Positions 63,528 to 64,000 of a DNA stretch of 64,000 nt are shown here, piece by piece. The notes under the pieces were generated by a model. The model searched no databases. It saw nothing but the letters and a program-made list of their open reading frames with translations, and was not told where the DNA came from. The position numbers were made by a program, and so were the translations under genes. Source of the stretch: Phoronis australis (lineage: Eukaryota; Animalia; Phoronida); the NCBI GenBank assembly GCA_002633005.1, contig NMRA01000317.1, forward strand, positions 423,366-487,365, read 5' to 3'. Position 1 is the first letter of the stretch. Each line of letters begins with the position of its first letter.

Positions 63528-64000
63528 ATTTTTCAAATAACCGTTCGGTACTCAGTTCTCCCCATTTTATAATGCATAAGCCAACCGGCGCGTCACCAAT
63601 CCTGCATAGCACAAAAATGACCAGTGACCTGGTTAAAGCTACGAACGTTACGTGTACAGATAACCTAATTGTATAAAACATTGATTACCATTTCAAACGT
63701 GAAAATGACGTTAGTTGGGTTTATTGACGACTATGTTGTAAAGCGTACGAACGGCACTGAAACATCGTTGTAATTTATTTCCACGGGTAATTCTATATTC
63801 AATTCATCGGTTTGGGATCAAACTCAAGCAAGGGGTTGGTTACTAGTCATAATAGATCATTTTCGATTATAATCGACCATCGCCCATCACTAGAAACGCG
63901 TGCAAGCACACATGAGACTTATTAGCATAGAAAAGCAAAACGTCGCCACTGAAATGAGTGGACTTCGAGTGCCTTGTTTTACGAAACGCATCCCTGGTGA

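Noticed and set aside
57707-64000. Search for the remaining TM6/TM7 exon (CWxPYY, NPxxY)
   Set aside because: No matching sequence found by eye; it probably lies beyond the window.

Overview
Eukaryotic, AT-rich, repeat-laden genomic DNA with N-gaps. The repeat families and gene style suggest a marine invertebrate, possibly a deuterostome (hemichordate or echinoderm), but this is inference. The window holds one host gene on the + strand, a GnRH/AKH-type neuropeptide GPCR. Four coding exons splice in frame with GT-AG boundaries: 9853-10343, 28144-28249 (missed by the ORF track), 54518-54722 and 57557-57706. They cover TM1 to the start of TM6; no exon for the rest of TM6/TM7 was found in the window. 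The long introns (17.8, 26.3, 2.8 and more than 6 kb) are packed with transposon relics: Harbinger-like, hAT and 5-bp-TSD hAT5-like MITEs, Kolobok-type elements (one with a THAP remnant), LINE fragments, an internally deleted Gypsy-like LTR element with an LADD RT motif, and microsatellites. The most unusual object is a roughly 0.87-kb non-coding element present in three copies, two of them head-to-tail. It combines a long 5' hairpin with conserved tandem G.A mismatches, an internal segment exactly complementary to the joined 3'+5' ends, an embedded tRNA-like Pol III module and an invariant 22-bp palindrome. All calls were made by eye; no database searches were run.
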